The notes below the pieces were generated by a model. The model was not told where the DNA came from, did not search any database, and saw nothing but the letters and a program-made list of their open reading frames with translations. Positions 13,344 through 25,444 of a DNA stretch of 64,000 bases are shown here, in pieces. This DNA is from the human T2T-CHM13v2.0 reference genome, Homo sapiens. The stretch lies in assembly GCF_009914755.1 (NCBI RefSeq), contig NC_060926.1; one strand, given 5' to 3'. The position numbers were made by a program, and so were the translations under genes. Position 1 is the first letter of the stretch. Each line of letters opens with the position of its first letter.

Positions 13344-14469
13344 CTAGGCCTGGAAGAGGTACACATCACTTCCATTTATTTTCCAATGGTGAAAATGAAG
13401 TCATGCAGTCATGCTTTTCTGAAAGGATTGACAAGGGGTGGCAGTGCTAGAAAATGTAGTTCCTGGTTTTGTGGTCACATCTTCAGCCCAACCGTATTAC
13501 TAGAGCAGAAGAGGAGAATGAACTTTGGTGAACAGCCAGCAGTCCCTGCTGCAGCAACTTCTAAGCCTTGTTTAACAGAACAGTTCTGTGTCTGTTGTCC
13601 AAATGGAGACTGTGACATATGCAAGATGCAGTGACAATGTATAAAGCATTCTTAAAGGTGCAAATTTTACTGGAACATTTATCATTAGGTCATTGACATA
13701 AAGCCTTTTGAAAAATAACCTCTCACATTAATTTTAATCCAATTTTTCTATTAGCTTGGAATGCTTTACATTGCTAATATAAAGCTTCTGGGACTAAGGC
13801 CATGGTAAAAATGAATGTCTTTAATCGGTTCCAGATTTTTTAAATCTAACTTCTATTATAAATCTTGCTACTTGAATTTAACATATAGAATAACAGACAA
13901 GGTATGATAGACAAGCAATAAGCTTTAAAAACATAACAGAAATTAAGCTGAGTGTCAAAGTCTGATGATATCATCTATACTCAAAATATTCTTGCATATA
14001 AAGGAAATTGGTTTGAGTCCTTTACATGTAAAAAAATGCCCAACCCAGACAAAATTGTCTCTTAAATTTATGAATAATCTAGACTTAAATTTTAGTGTCT
14101 TAGAAGATGTTTTCTAAGGAAGTTTTCTTTAAATAGAATTTAATGTAAGGAAATATCAGTTTTCGGATAAGTGGAAAACTGTAATTTAAAACCCAATAGT
14201 TGGAAGACACCTTAGATTCTAATTTAAAATGTTCATTTCAATCTATGATTTTCTCTAAGAATCAGTACTTTTTTCCTAAATCTTTACAGGTAGCTCTCCC
14301 TTATATTGGTAAGAAAAAGTCTCTAATTCCAGCATCTAATGTGGTAGAGTTGCAGATGCCAAAGGTGTCAGCAGAGGGCTCAGATGGGTCTCCAGATAGT
14401 ATTATTAAGGCACAATTTTCAAATCAAGAATTGCAAATGCATGTTATCACCTGAAACTACTTATTTAAT

Positions 14470-15543
14470 TTTTCTTTAATAATTTTTGTTTTTATTTTAA
14501 TGACTTTTGAGGTACAGGTGGTTTTTGGTTACATGGATAAATTTTTTAGTGGTAATTTCTGAGATTTTGGAGCACCCATCACTGGAGCAGTGTACGCTAT
14601 ACCCAATAGGTAGTCTTTTATCCCTCACCCCACTCCCAGCCATTGCACTCCACACACTGAGTCCTCAAAGTCCATTATATCATTCTTATGCCTTTGCATC
14701 CTCATAGCTTAGCTCCCACTTGTAAGTGAGAACATACAACATTTGGTTTTCCAGTTCTGCCTAAGTTACTTCCCTTAGAATAATGCCCTCCAGCTCCATC
14801 CAAGTTGGTGCAAAAGACATTATTTCATTCCTTTTTATGAATGAGTAGTATTCTATGGTATATGTATATATATATGCACATTTTTTTTCTTTATCCACTT
14901 GTTGGCTGATAGACACTTAGGTTGGTTTCATATCTTTGAAACTGTGAATTGTGCTGCTATAAACATGCATGTGCATGTGTCTTTTTCATATAATGACTTC
15001 TTTTTCCCCTGGATAGATACATTTAGTGGGATTGCTGGATCAAATGGTAGTTCTCTTAGTTCTTTAAGGAATCTCTGTACTGTTTTCCATAGTGGTTGTA
15101 CTAGTTTACATTCCCACCAATAGTGTGAAAGTGTTCCCTTTTCACCACATCCATGCCAATCTATTGTTTTTGACTTTTTAGTTATGGCCATTCACGCAGT
15201 AGTAAGGTGTTATCTCGCTGTGGTTTTAATTTGCCTTTCCCTGGTAATTAGTGATGTTCAGCATTTTTTCATATGTTTGTTGGCTGCTTGTATACTTTCT
15301 TTTGAGAATTGTCTATTCATGTCCTTGGCCCACTTTTTGATGGGATTATTTGATTTTTTCTTGCTGATTTGTTTGAATTCCTTGTAGATTCTACATATTA
15401 TTCCTTTGTAGGATGCATAGTTTGTGAATATTTTCTCCCACTCTGTAGGTTTTCTGTTTACTCTGCTGATTATTTCTTTTGCTATGCAGAAGCTTTTTAG
15501 TTTAATTAGGTCCCACTTATTTATTTATTTTTTGTTGCATTGC
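14470..15543 (-). mobile_element. L1PB-like 3' fragment
   Basis: L1PB-type 3'UTR plus ORF2 C-terminal remnant (ORF 14928-15191 with [22 protein letters not shown]). Confidence 0.85.
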
Positions 15544-15769
15544 AAATTCAGTTTTTTAGATTTGTTAACATCCAATAAATTCAGCCCCATCTCTGGGTCT
15601 AAATGAGATCAAAGATGTCAATAAGATTTTTGCTATTCAGAGTTTTCATTAGGTCTCCAAATGAGTACCACTACTCTGTATTTTTTGTTTACAAACAACC
15701 CATCATCTTCTATTTTAACTGGCTATGAGTTTCTCTTTTAACTTCATAGATTTCATTCATGTAATCCAC

Positions 15770-16775
15770 ATATATTTGCTAGTCTACAATGTAAGACTGT
15801 TGTAGGTAATGACATTCAGTGATTAGCAAGATCAACTCATGTTTCAATATTTTAGTGGAGGTGACAGAATATAGACAAGTATATAAAGGACAAAAAGAAA
15901 ACAGATAAGAAAAATAAAGCAGTGTCTTAGAGAGTCTGATCAGGAACATTGTCCCTGAGGAGGTGATACATGAACAGAAATAGGGGGGAAAGTCATGTGA
16001 AAATATGAAGAAAGAAACTTTCAAGCAAAAAAAAAGAAAGTGCCAATGGTATGAGATTAAAAAAAATAACCTCGCATTTTGGAGGAAGAGCAAAGAGCCG
16101 AGACTAGAATAAAATGAACAAAGCATGAGATGAGATTGTGATATAGTTTGGCTGTGTCCCCACCCAAATTTCATATTGAATTGTACCTCCCATAATTCCC
16201 AAGTGTCATGGGAGGGACCCAGTGGGAGATAATTGAATCATGGGGGATTGAGGGGAGTCTTTACCATGCTATTCTCATGATCATGAATAAGTCTCACGGA
16301 ATCTGATGGTTTTATAAAGGGGAGTTCCTCTGCACATGCTCTCTCTTGCCTGCCACCACAGTAAGAAGTGACTTTGCTCCTCATTTGCCTTCCACCATGA
16401 TTGTGAGGCCTCCCTAGCCATGTGGAACTGTGAGTCCATTAAACCTCTTTTTTTTTTTTTTTTTGCAAATTACCCAGTTTTGGGTATGTCTTTATTAGCA
16501 ATGTGAAAACAGACTAATACAGGTTGCAAAAGTTCACAGGACGTTTAAGCCATGACCAAGGGCATGGAGTTTATACTAAATGAAATGGAAAGCCGTTGGA
16601 GGGTTTGTAGCAGGGAAGTAACATGACTTGATTTATGGTTTTAAATGATCCTCCTGGCAGCCATCTGGAGGACTAATAGCAAGGGAATAAGAATGGAAGC
16701 ATCAGCCCAAAGCTTCTGCAGAAATGAGAAAAGATTTTGGTTTAAACCAGTATGAAAGCAGTGAAAGTGATGCAT
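15770..16775 (-). mobile_element. L2 fragment (interrupted by THE1B)
   Basis: Purine-rich antisense L2 text on both sides of the LTR; approximate. Confidence 0.55.
16139..16521 (+). mobile_element. THE1B-like MaLR solo LTR
   Basis: TGATATAGTTTGGCTGTGTCCCCACCCAAAT...CAGACTAATACA; near 5-bp TSD GATTG/GGTTG. Confidence 0.92.
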
Positions 16776-16916
16776 ACAATTTTCTTAAAAATTTCCTTTG
16801 GGCACTGTTAGTTACCTTCCCAGAAGCCCTCCCTACTTCCATTTCTTGCTAATAGTGCTCCAATGTTATGTGATGCATCAGCCCCAAGTGAAGAGTCACA
16901 ATTGGGCCACTTGTGT

Positions 16917-19465
16917 GTAAGGATGTTTCAACATATACAAGTCGATGTTATTTACTACATAAATAGACTTAAAAACAAAATCATTTGGTCATCTCAATAG
17001 ATGCAGAAAATACTTTCCATAAAACTCAACATCTCTTTATGATAAAAAGCCTCAATAAACTAGACATCAAAGGAGCATACTTCAAAATAATCAGAGCCAT
17101 CTATGACAAATCTACAGCCAACATATTGAACAGGGAAACATTTAAAGCATTTCTCCTAAGAATGCGACCAAGACAAAGATGTCCGCTTTCACCCCTCCTG
17201 TTTAGCATAGTAGTGGAAGTCCTAGCCAGAGCAATCAGGCAAGATAAAAAAATAAAAAGCACTCAAATTAGAAAAGAAGAAGTCAAATAATCTTTCTTCA
17301 CTGGTGGTATGATCTTTATATCTAGAAAATTCTAAAGATTCCTTCACAAGACTCCTAGGCCTGATAAATGACTTCAGTAAAATTTTAGGAGACAAAATTA
17401 ACACACACAATCAGTTGCATTTCTATACACCAACAATGCTCAAGCTGAGAACCAACTTAAGAAAGCAATCCCATTTGTAATCCTGCCCACCCCCGCCCCC
17501 AAAAAAAGAAACTATCAAAACGTCTAGCAATAAATGGAGGACTTTCACCTCCATTTAACCAAGGAAGTGAAAGACCTCTATACGGAGAACTACAAAACAC
17601 TGTGAAAGAAACTGGACAAACAAATGGTAAAACATCCCATGCTCATGGATAAGAAGAATTATTATTAAAATGACTATACTTTCTAAAGCAATCAACAGAT
17701 TCAACACAATCCCTATCAAATTAACAATTTCCTTTTTCACAGAATTAGAAAAAGTAATTCTAAAATTCATATGGAAGCAAAAAGAGCCTAAATAGCCAAA
17801 GCAATCCTAAGCAAAAAGAACAAAGCCAGAGGCATCACATTACCCAACTTCAAACTATACTACAAGCCTATAGTAACCAAAACAGCATGTTATTGATACA
17901 AAAATAGACATACAGATCAATGGTATAGAATAGAGTACCCAGAAATAAAGCCACATAGCTACAATCCACTTATCTTTGACAAAGGCAGCTAACATAAACA
18001 ATAGGGAAAGGACACCCTACTCAATAAATAGCGCAAGAAAACTGGCTAACCACATGCAGGAGAATAAAACTGGACCCCTACTTGTCATCCTATACAAAAA
18101 TTAACTCAGTATGTATTAAAGACTTAAATGTAAGACCTCAAAAAATAAAAATCCTAGAAGAAAACCTGGGTATACTCTTCTGGACATGGGCTGAGGCAAA
18201 GAATTTATGACTGAGACCTCAAAAGCAAACAAGACCAAAGCAAAATTGACAACTGGAACCTAATTAAACTAAAGAGCTTCTGCATAGCAAAAGAAACTAT
18301 CAACAGAGTAAGCAGACAACCTACAGAATGAGAGAAAATATTTGCGAACTACGCAAATATTTTTTGACGAAGAACTAATATCCAGAATATATAAGTAACT
18401 TAAACAAATCCACAAGAAAAAATAAATAACCGGATTAAAAAGTGAGCAATGGACATGTACAGATACTTTTCAAAAGAAGGCATACAAATATCCAAAAACA
18501 TGAAAAAGTGCTCAACATCACTAATCATCAGAAAAATGTAAATTAAAGCCACACTGAGATACCATCTCATACCGATCAGAATGGGTATTAATAAAAGTCA
18601 AAAAATAACATTTCAAAAAAATTATAAAATTGTTTTCAGAAAGAAAAAGGAATACTTATACATTGTTGGTTGGAATGCAAATTGGTTCAACTACTGTGTA
18701 AATCAGCATAAAGATTCTCAAGTAACTAAAAATAGAACTACCATTTGACCCAGCAATCCCACTATTGGGTATCTCCCCAAAGGAAAATAAATAGTTTTAT
18801 TATAAAGAAATAGTTTTATTATAAAGATACCTGCCCTGGCATGTTCATCACAGCACTATTCACAATAGCAAAGTCACAGAGTCAACCTAAGTGTCCATCA
18901 ACAGTTGAGTGGATAAAGAATATATATATATATATATATATATTCTTTATATATATTAAGAATATATAAAGAATATATAAAGAATAATATATATACTATA
19001 TATAAATATATGTATATATAAAGAATATATATATATTCCATATTCTTTATATATTAAGAATATATGTGTATATATACTGGATAATTTTATATATATATAT
19101 ATATAATGGAATACTATGCAGCCATAAGAAAGAATGAAATCAAGTCATTCACAGCAACATAGATGGAGCTGGAGGTCATTATTTTAAATGAAATAACTCT
19201 GAAACAGGAAATCAAATACCATATATCCTCCCTTATAAGTGGGAGCTAAACAATGGGTCACATGGACATAAAGATGGAAATAATGAACACTGAGGATTCC
19301 AAAATAGGGGAGGATGGAGGGGGTGAGAGTTGAAAATTTACCTATTACATACAATGTTCACTATTTGAGTGATGGGTTTTCTAAAAGCCCAACCTCACCA
19401 TTATGCAATATGCTGATGTAACAAACGTGCATGTGTGCCCCCAAATCTAAAATAAACAAGAAAAG
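16917..19465 (+). mobile_element. 5'-truncated old primate L1 (L1PA16/17- or L1PB4-like)
   Basis: Degenerate ORF2 (ISIDAE...CPLSPLLF), 3'UTR and A-rich tail; degenerate 16-bp TSD ATTGGGCCACTTGTGT (16901) / ATTGGTCCAATTATGT (19466). Confidence 0.9.
18913..19105. repeat. Complex (TA)n microsatellite with embedded AAAGAA/TTCTTT units
   Basis: Directly visible AT-dinucleotide expansion within the L1. Confidence 0.9.
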
Positions 19466-20734
19466 ATTGGTCCAATTATGTCCTGATCATCCCATTCTCC
19501 TTTGTTGACCATTCACTTGCATGGCATCCCACACAGCTCAGCATATCCTCCTTGTCCAAAAAAGACTTCAGAGATAGTCAACTGGGGAAATTTCTGCAAA
19601 GACTGTCACCTTACTAATGATAAAAGGAAAGGCATTCAGCCTAGTTCTTCCCTAAACCAAAAACTTGATTAATATGGGAACAGGTAGAAGAGTGGCAAAA
19701 GCAAACATTTTCCAAATTAAATGGACAATAAATTTGTGATAAACAGAGTGCAAAAATTGTTTTCATAACTTTTCAAATAATGATATGCTTTAGTTCTCTA
19801 CAAAAGAGAACTAAAGTACCTAGATTTTTTTCAAACTTTATGTGACCATGGAACTCTCATTTGGGAAATAATAATCTTGTTCACAGAATCACTCTTCTTC
19901 AAAACACCGTTACTGGACAAAGGAGTGAATTTTACAGAATCAAATAGTATTTCTCAAAATCATGGCATATCAGTGATGTGCTTTGAAAGCCCACAGCAGT
20001 CTGTAAACATCTAAAAATTTAAGTGTTAAAATCTTTCTTGGTGAAAAAGATGAACTACTTGGGAGAATTTACCAAAATTAATGCTTAATGTTAAGATTTG
20101 GATTCTCAAAAATGTTATTAATTCTCAAGAATTAGAAACCTTGTTTATCTCAAAGTTCCTGTAAAGATATAGCTAGAAAATTGCTCCTTGTATTTTTCCC
20201 TTTCCATTATTAATTAAAATCATTATAAATTTCAGTTATTAGGGAAGCTGCTATCCTCCTCCTTCTCTTCCTTCTCCTCCAGAGGCAGGCAGGCAGACCC
20301 ACAGGGAGGAAGGAAGAAAGAAAGAAAACAGGTAAAAGTATTTTTTATACATAGTTCCGTTTGGTGGTATTTCAAAAAGGGCATTTAATTTAAGTTAAGT
20401 ATCTGTAACTACACTAGAAATTTTACCATGACAGTATCCAGACAGGGAGAGACAAGATTTCTAACTATAATTCATTGGATCTGGTCATTAAAAAATAGCA
20501 TGCCACAAAATTTTATCTCATCTATAAAAAAGGATTTATATGACTTCTAACGAAATGCAAAATAGATTTTCATTACATAGTCTAATTTAATTTTTCAACC
20601 ACAAGATATTGACCCAAAATATTGATTTACACTTAGCTGCTCAGTTCAGATTTTCTTTGCTGGCATTTCTGACAATGGCGTTTATACTTCACTGGTATAA
20701 CTGTGTAATGAGATTCAAGTAAGAATACTCACTT

Positions 20735-20900
20735 AAAACTTTACTACCAAAGTGTGATCCATAGCCTAGCAGTTTGGTATCATCTGGGACATGTTAGAAA
20801 TGCAGAATCTCAGGCCTCACCCAGACCTACTAAATCAGAATTTGCATTTTAACAAGATCTCCAGATGATTCACACCCACATTAAAATTTGAGACTCACTG
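20735..20900. mobile_element. MER5A (hAT-Charlie)
   Basis: TGTTAGAAATGCAGAATCTCAGGCCTCACCCCAGACCTACTAAATCAGAAT...CACTG. Confidence 0.8.
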
Positions 20901-22189
20901 TCTTGGAAGAGATTCTCCAGGTGTTTTGCTATCATTGGGGATTGTTTTGTCACCACCTGGGGGCGATCAGCAAGTTTTCCTAAGAACTTGACACTGCAAT
21001 TTCTGCTTAACCACTTAAAATGTATGACCTACAACTGACTGAAAATACTGCTTAGAGTGCAATATACATAACAACTTTTGTGCAGATCTTACATTCTAAT
21101 GTTGAATAGAAAATTAATTCCACAACTTGCCTATCTTCTCTCACTTTAGTAGAGCACAAGTTTACAAAGCGTGTGTGTGTGTGTCTGTTTCACAGTCACT
21201 TTACATCCCTAGTTAACATCAGAGCTGCCTTGGCTTCAAGTTTACCAGTTAGCAAAAATGCAAACAGCCAAGTCTGTGGCCACTAAATTCTCCAGAATAA
21301 GATTCCCACTTTATTGAAAGTATTTGGTTCCTTGGAAATGCTTCAAATTCTCCTAGATTCTGAAATCTCCAAGTTTATTTAAAACTCAACCTGCTCTCAG
21401 AAATATCACCAGGGCACCTGGGTGGGATGAGCTCACTTACAATTTCGAGACCTGATCTTCTCAAAGAAGATCTGACCTTCTCTGTCCGCCTATCTGAAAT
21501 GCAACAACATAATTACATGCTGACCGCTCAGCCCAAGCACTGTGCCATGGGGGCAGTGAGACCAAGAAGACTTAACATCTGAGAATAGAGTCTGGCGTGT
21601 CATGTCCAAGTACAACCATGTCTTCGGCTGCATTCAGTATTTCCCTGCTGAGCCCAAAACTTGGCTTCTGTTGCCTCCTGCTTTTTCCAACCCTCCTTAA
21701 TATAGCTACACTCTCCATGTGAGGTTTTTAAGCACTATGATTCATATGCCTATCACCTCCCTTCCTAAATTTGAAGAAACTGAAGTAGCTGGAATTTGGG
21801 GTAGTAAAGCTACCATGGTCCATTGTCATGCTTAGTGTCATCCTAAGAGGAGACAGGAAAATTAAAAATTAACACCAAAGCTGGTAGATGGAGATTTGTG
21901 GGAGGGTTTGGTATCTGGTAGTTATAGAAGAAAAAGAGAAGATGAGGCCTATGTCAGCAGAAAAGAGTGGGTAGGGAAATGAGATAACCAGCTGTATGGA
22001 AAAACCAATTTTCAGAACGAGCAGACTTCCTTTCCAGAGACTGATTTTTGGTCTTCATGCTGGTCCAGAGAATAAGCCTGTGATGATCTCAAAGGGCTGC
22101 CACTCAGGCCTCCCTCTTGGATAGAGCAAACATGCAGCCCCAGGGTCAGTTTCGAGACTAATTTTTCTCACCCATCTTCCCCCAGACAC

Positions 22190-23320
22190 TCTAAGTCTTA
22201 CAAACTATGTGTAACCCCTAATTGCTAAATCCCCGTTGTATTTGACCTGAAAGTCACATTCACGTGTAGGCCACTTTCTTCTTACAACTCTACACTTTCG
22301 GTCTTCTGAGACATTTTCCTGGTTTTCCTAGCTCTCTAATGATTCTTTCTTAGATCTAATTATGGTTTGCTTTTCCTCTGCTGGATCCAAAAGTTTATTA
22401 TCCTCCAAGATTCTTTCCATTGCTCCCTTCTATTTTCCTTCCATATCTCTCCATCATCCACCTATATGTTAATAATGCTACTGAGATAATATCTTTAGCA
22501 AATATGTCTCTTCTGAGTCCCAAATTATATATATTAATTGTCTCTGGAACACATTTACTTGCATATCTCAGAAAATTCAAGCTCAACACCCTAATCAACT
22601 TTACCCTAATTATCCTCCCATTGAGACCTGTTCCCCTCCTTTACACCTTATCACACTGAATGGCATTACCCAGTCCCCCAAAACTGTGGACACCATGCTC
22701 AAGTTCTCCCTTGCCCTCACCCCGTCCCTTTCTCTTTAGCCATTTAAGATATTTAATTAGGGCTCTTGGCATCTTTCGACTATTCTAATAAATCAGTCAT
22801 TTAACTAGACTGTCTGTTAATTTCCCATCGCTTCAATCTATGTAAGCATTTTAGTCTACTGCATAAGGTAATTTTTTCTGACTTCACTAAAAATCCATAC
22901 TTCTTAGCATGGCATATAAGCTTGACACAATCTAAACTTTGCCTACCTCTTCTGTCTGTTCCCACCACTCCCTGTTCTATGACAGGTGCATAAAGTTTCC
23001 TGAGTTCACACTGTCTTAGTGCTCCACCTTATCTCCCTGGTAAGCACCTTCCCATACGGAGAGATTCAGGTGTTCCCCTCTGATAAAGCTTTACCTGACT
23101 CTCAGAATTGGCCACTCCTTTCTTTGTTCCCACACAGAATATTGCACTTTTTTAAAAGTATAGTATTTTATTTATTTGTTTTACATCAATCTCATTTGTA
23201 CATACAGTAATTTCCTTGAATGTGGGATCCTGCCTTATTTATGTTTGTATTTGTAGCACCAGGCACACCTGGCATAGGGTAGGTGCCACTAAATATTCAC
23301 AGAGAAAGAATGACTAGGCA
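22190..23320 (+). mobile_element. L2 fragment
   Basis: Pyrimidine-rich L2 ORF2/3' text ending GGCACACCTGGCATAGGGTAGGTGCCACTAAATATT; approximate. Confidence 0.6.
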
Positions 23321-25161
23321 TAGAATGCTTTTGAAGAAAACAGCGAACTTGTATAAACTTTACTTGATGATGCCTAAAATTTGTCCATGAGGACAAAGCC
23401 AGTTTTAAAATCAAAAGCCTCTGGTAGACTGAACAGTATTTACAGTATAGGCTAAAGGGATAATATCAGAGTCATTCTTGTTGTGATAGGGGGATCCTGA
23501 AAGAAGCAAATTCGAGTTCTAAGTAAACTGACACTGACAGGTGGTGAGGGAGGTTGCAAAAGAAGAGGGGGGCAGATTTTAATCTGTTAACAGACATCTG
23601 AGTTACAAATCAGAGGGATATAGAAGAACAAGAAGGCTGCCTTTACGTGTTTCTTTCTTCAGTTCAACTCCCATACAGCATCTCTTTTGATGTTATTTAC
23701 AAGTCAGACTATGATCTCACTTCAAACAATACTCTTAGCCTGTGTACACCTCCTGTCTCTTTTAACTGAGTTCTCTTGTGAAAAATAGGGAATTTCTCTG
23801 CGTTGAAGTCAAAAGCCCTTTGGAATTCCTGTCTGTGAAAGATTATCAAATGAGGTTATAAAATCTTGGACTTTTGTTGTTATTGTTCTTAAAGACAGTT
23901 CTCCTGAATTAAAAAAATGTCTGATGCTACTGACAGTCTGATTTAGAATGTGAGTCTATTATGAGGACAGCGAGAGAGGTTTAATCCTGTCCCCACCCCT
24001 TATTCTGCTCTTGTAGTTTTTATTTTATGAAAAACCTAAGGGACTCAAAGTTACACAAATGCCCATTGGCAGTATCTACTGTTAATACCAGCAATGATCC
24101 CATAACAAGGATTCATTTCAGTCAAGCCACTAAAATTTTATTTGATTCAATGAAAATTTTTTCAGTGGAGCTATGAAAGCATTTTTGCCCATCCCCTAAA
24201 CTATTACTTGTTGAAAACTGAATTGAATTTCATAAAGATTTATGAGCACTTCCAAAATCACTTAACAGCCAAAAGCCATGCAGTAACTTCACCCATGTTT
24301 GAATAAAACGTGACGCTGGTGGAAGTTACAGTTGTAAAAAAGAGTGGTAAGATTAGATTTGAACCATTTCCACCCAGACCTTGCTTTATCTACTGCAGGG
24401 CCCACAGCTCTGCTGTTAGTCCATATCTGCTGGCCCTAAAGAATTATATAAGATTGCTAAAACCATGGGCCTTTACAGTGTCAGCTTATTAAATTTTAGT
24501 ATAACACTCATAAATATGGACAGAAATATAGGAGGGGCAATTATGTCTCAAGGGTAAATAACCTGATAATCATTCTAGAGTTTGAAATAGATTTATTTTT
24601 ATATTTATACTTGAATATAGGAAGGTCAGTGGTCCAGTAATTATTTTAAATAAAAAGTTTCATTGTGAAAACTGAACAAACATAGATCTAAAAATTCATT
24701 CTGCTTTATTTCATTCCTTCAGGTCCATTTTTTAATATTTAACTCATGCACGTGAACAGCACTAAGCTAATTAGAGTGGCTTCTCAAAACTGTCTTGATA
24801 AAGAGAATGATTAAGAGTTTGAATTTCCAAGACTTTCTTAATTTACAAAGAAAACAAATTGTCAATCTAAAATGAGCTAAGCTAGGAATTACATAAATAG
24901 GTGCTATCACCATTTAAAGGTAAGATTTCTTGGAGTAATCATAGGTGATTACTCAGGGTAGACTTTTTCTGATGTCTTCAGATACTGAGCTTCTCTTCTC
25001 TATACACAAATAACATATGTGTGTCTCTTCTCTATACATTGGGGGAAAAATAGTTTAGAAAAATAGTACATTTGGATACCTAACCAGACCTTGAACAAAC
25101 ACTGTCTCACTTGCTTGTTAAAATGTTATTGTTAACATGTTCCCTGGGCAATCTCCATATC

Positions 25162-25444
25162 TTTTTTCTTTTTTTTTTTTAAGACAGTCTTGCTCTGTCA
25201 CCCAGGCTGGAGCACAAAGGTACAATCACGGCTCACTACAGGCTGAAGCAATCCTCCCTCCTCAGCCTCCCGAGTAGCTGGGACTATAGGAGCATGCCAC
25301 CATGGTGGTTAATTTTTGTAGTTTTTGGAGAGACAGGATTTTGCCATGTTGCCCAGGCTGGTCTTGAACTCCTGGGTTCAAGCAATCCTCCCATCTCAGC
25401 CTGGCAAACTGCTGAGATTACAGGTGTCAGCCACTGGTCCCCAC
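25162..25444 (-). mobile_element. AluJ with internal deletions
   Basis: Poly(T), diverged Alu body; TSD CAATCTC(CA/AG)TATCTTT. Confidence 0.88.
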
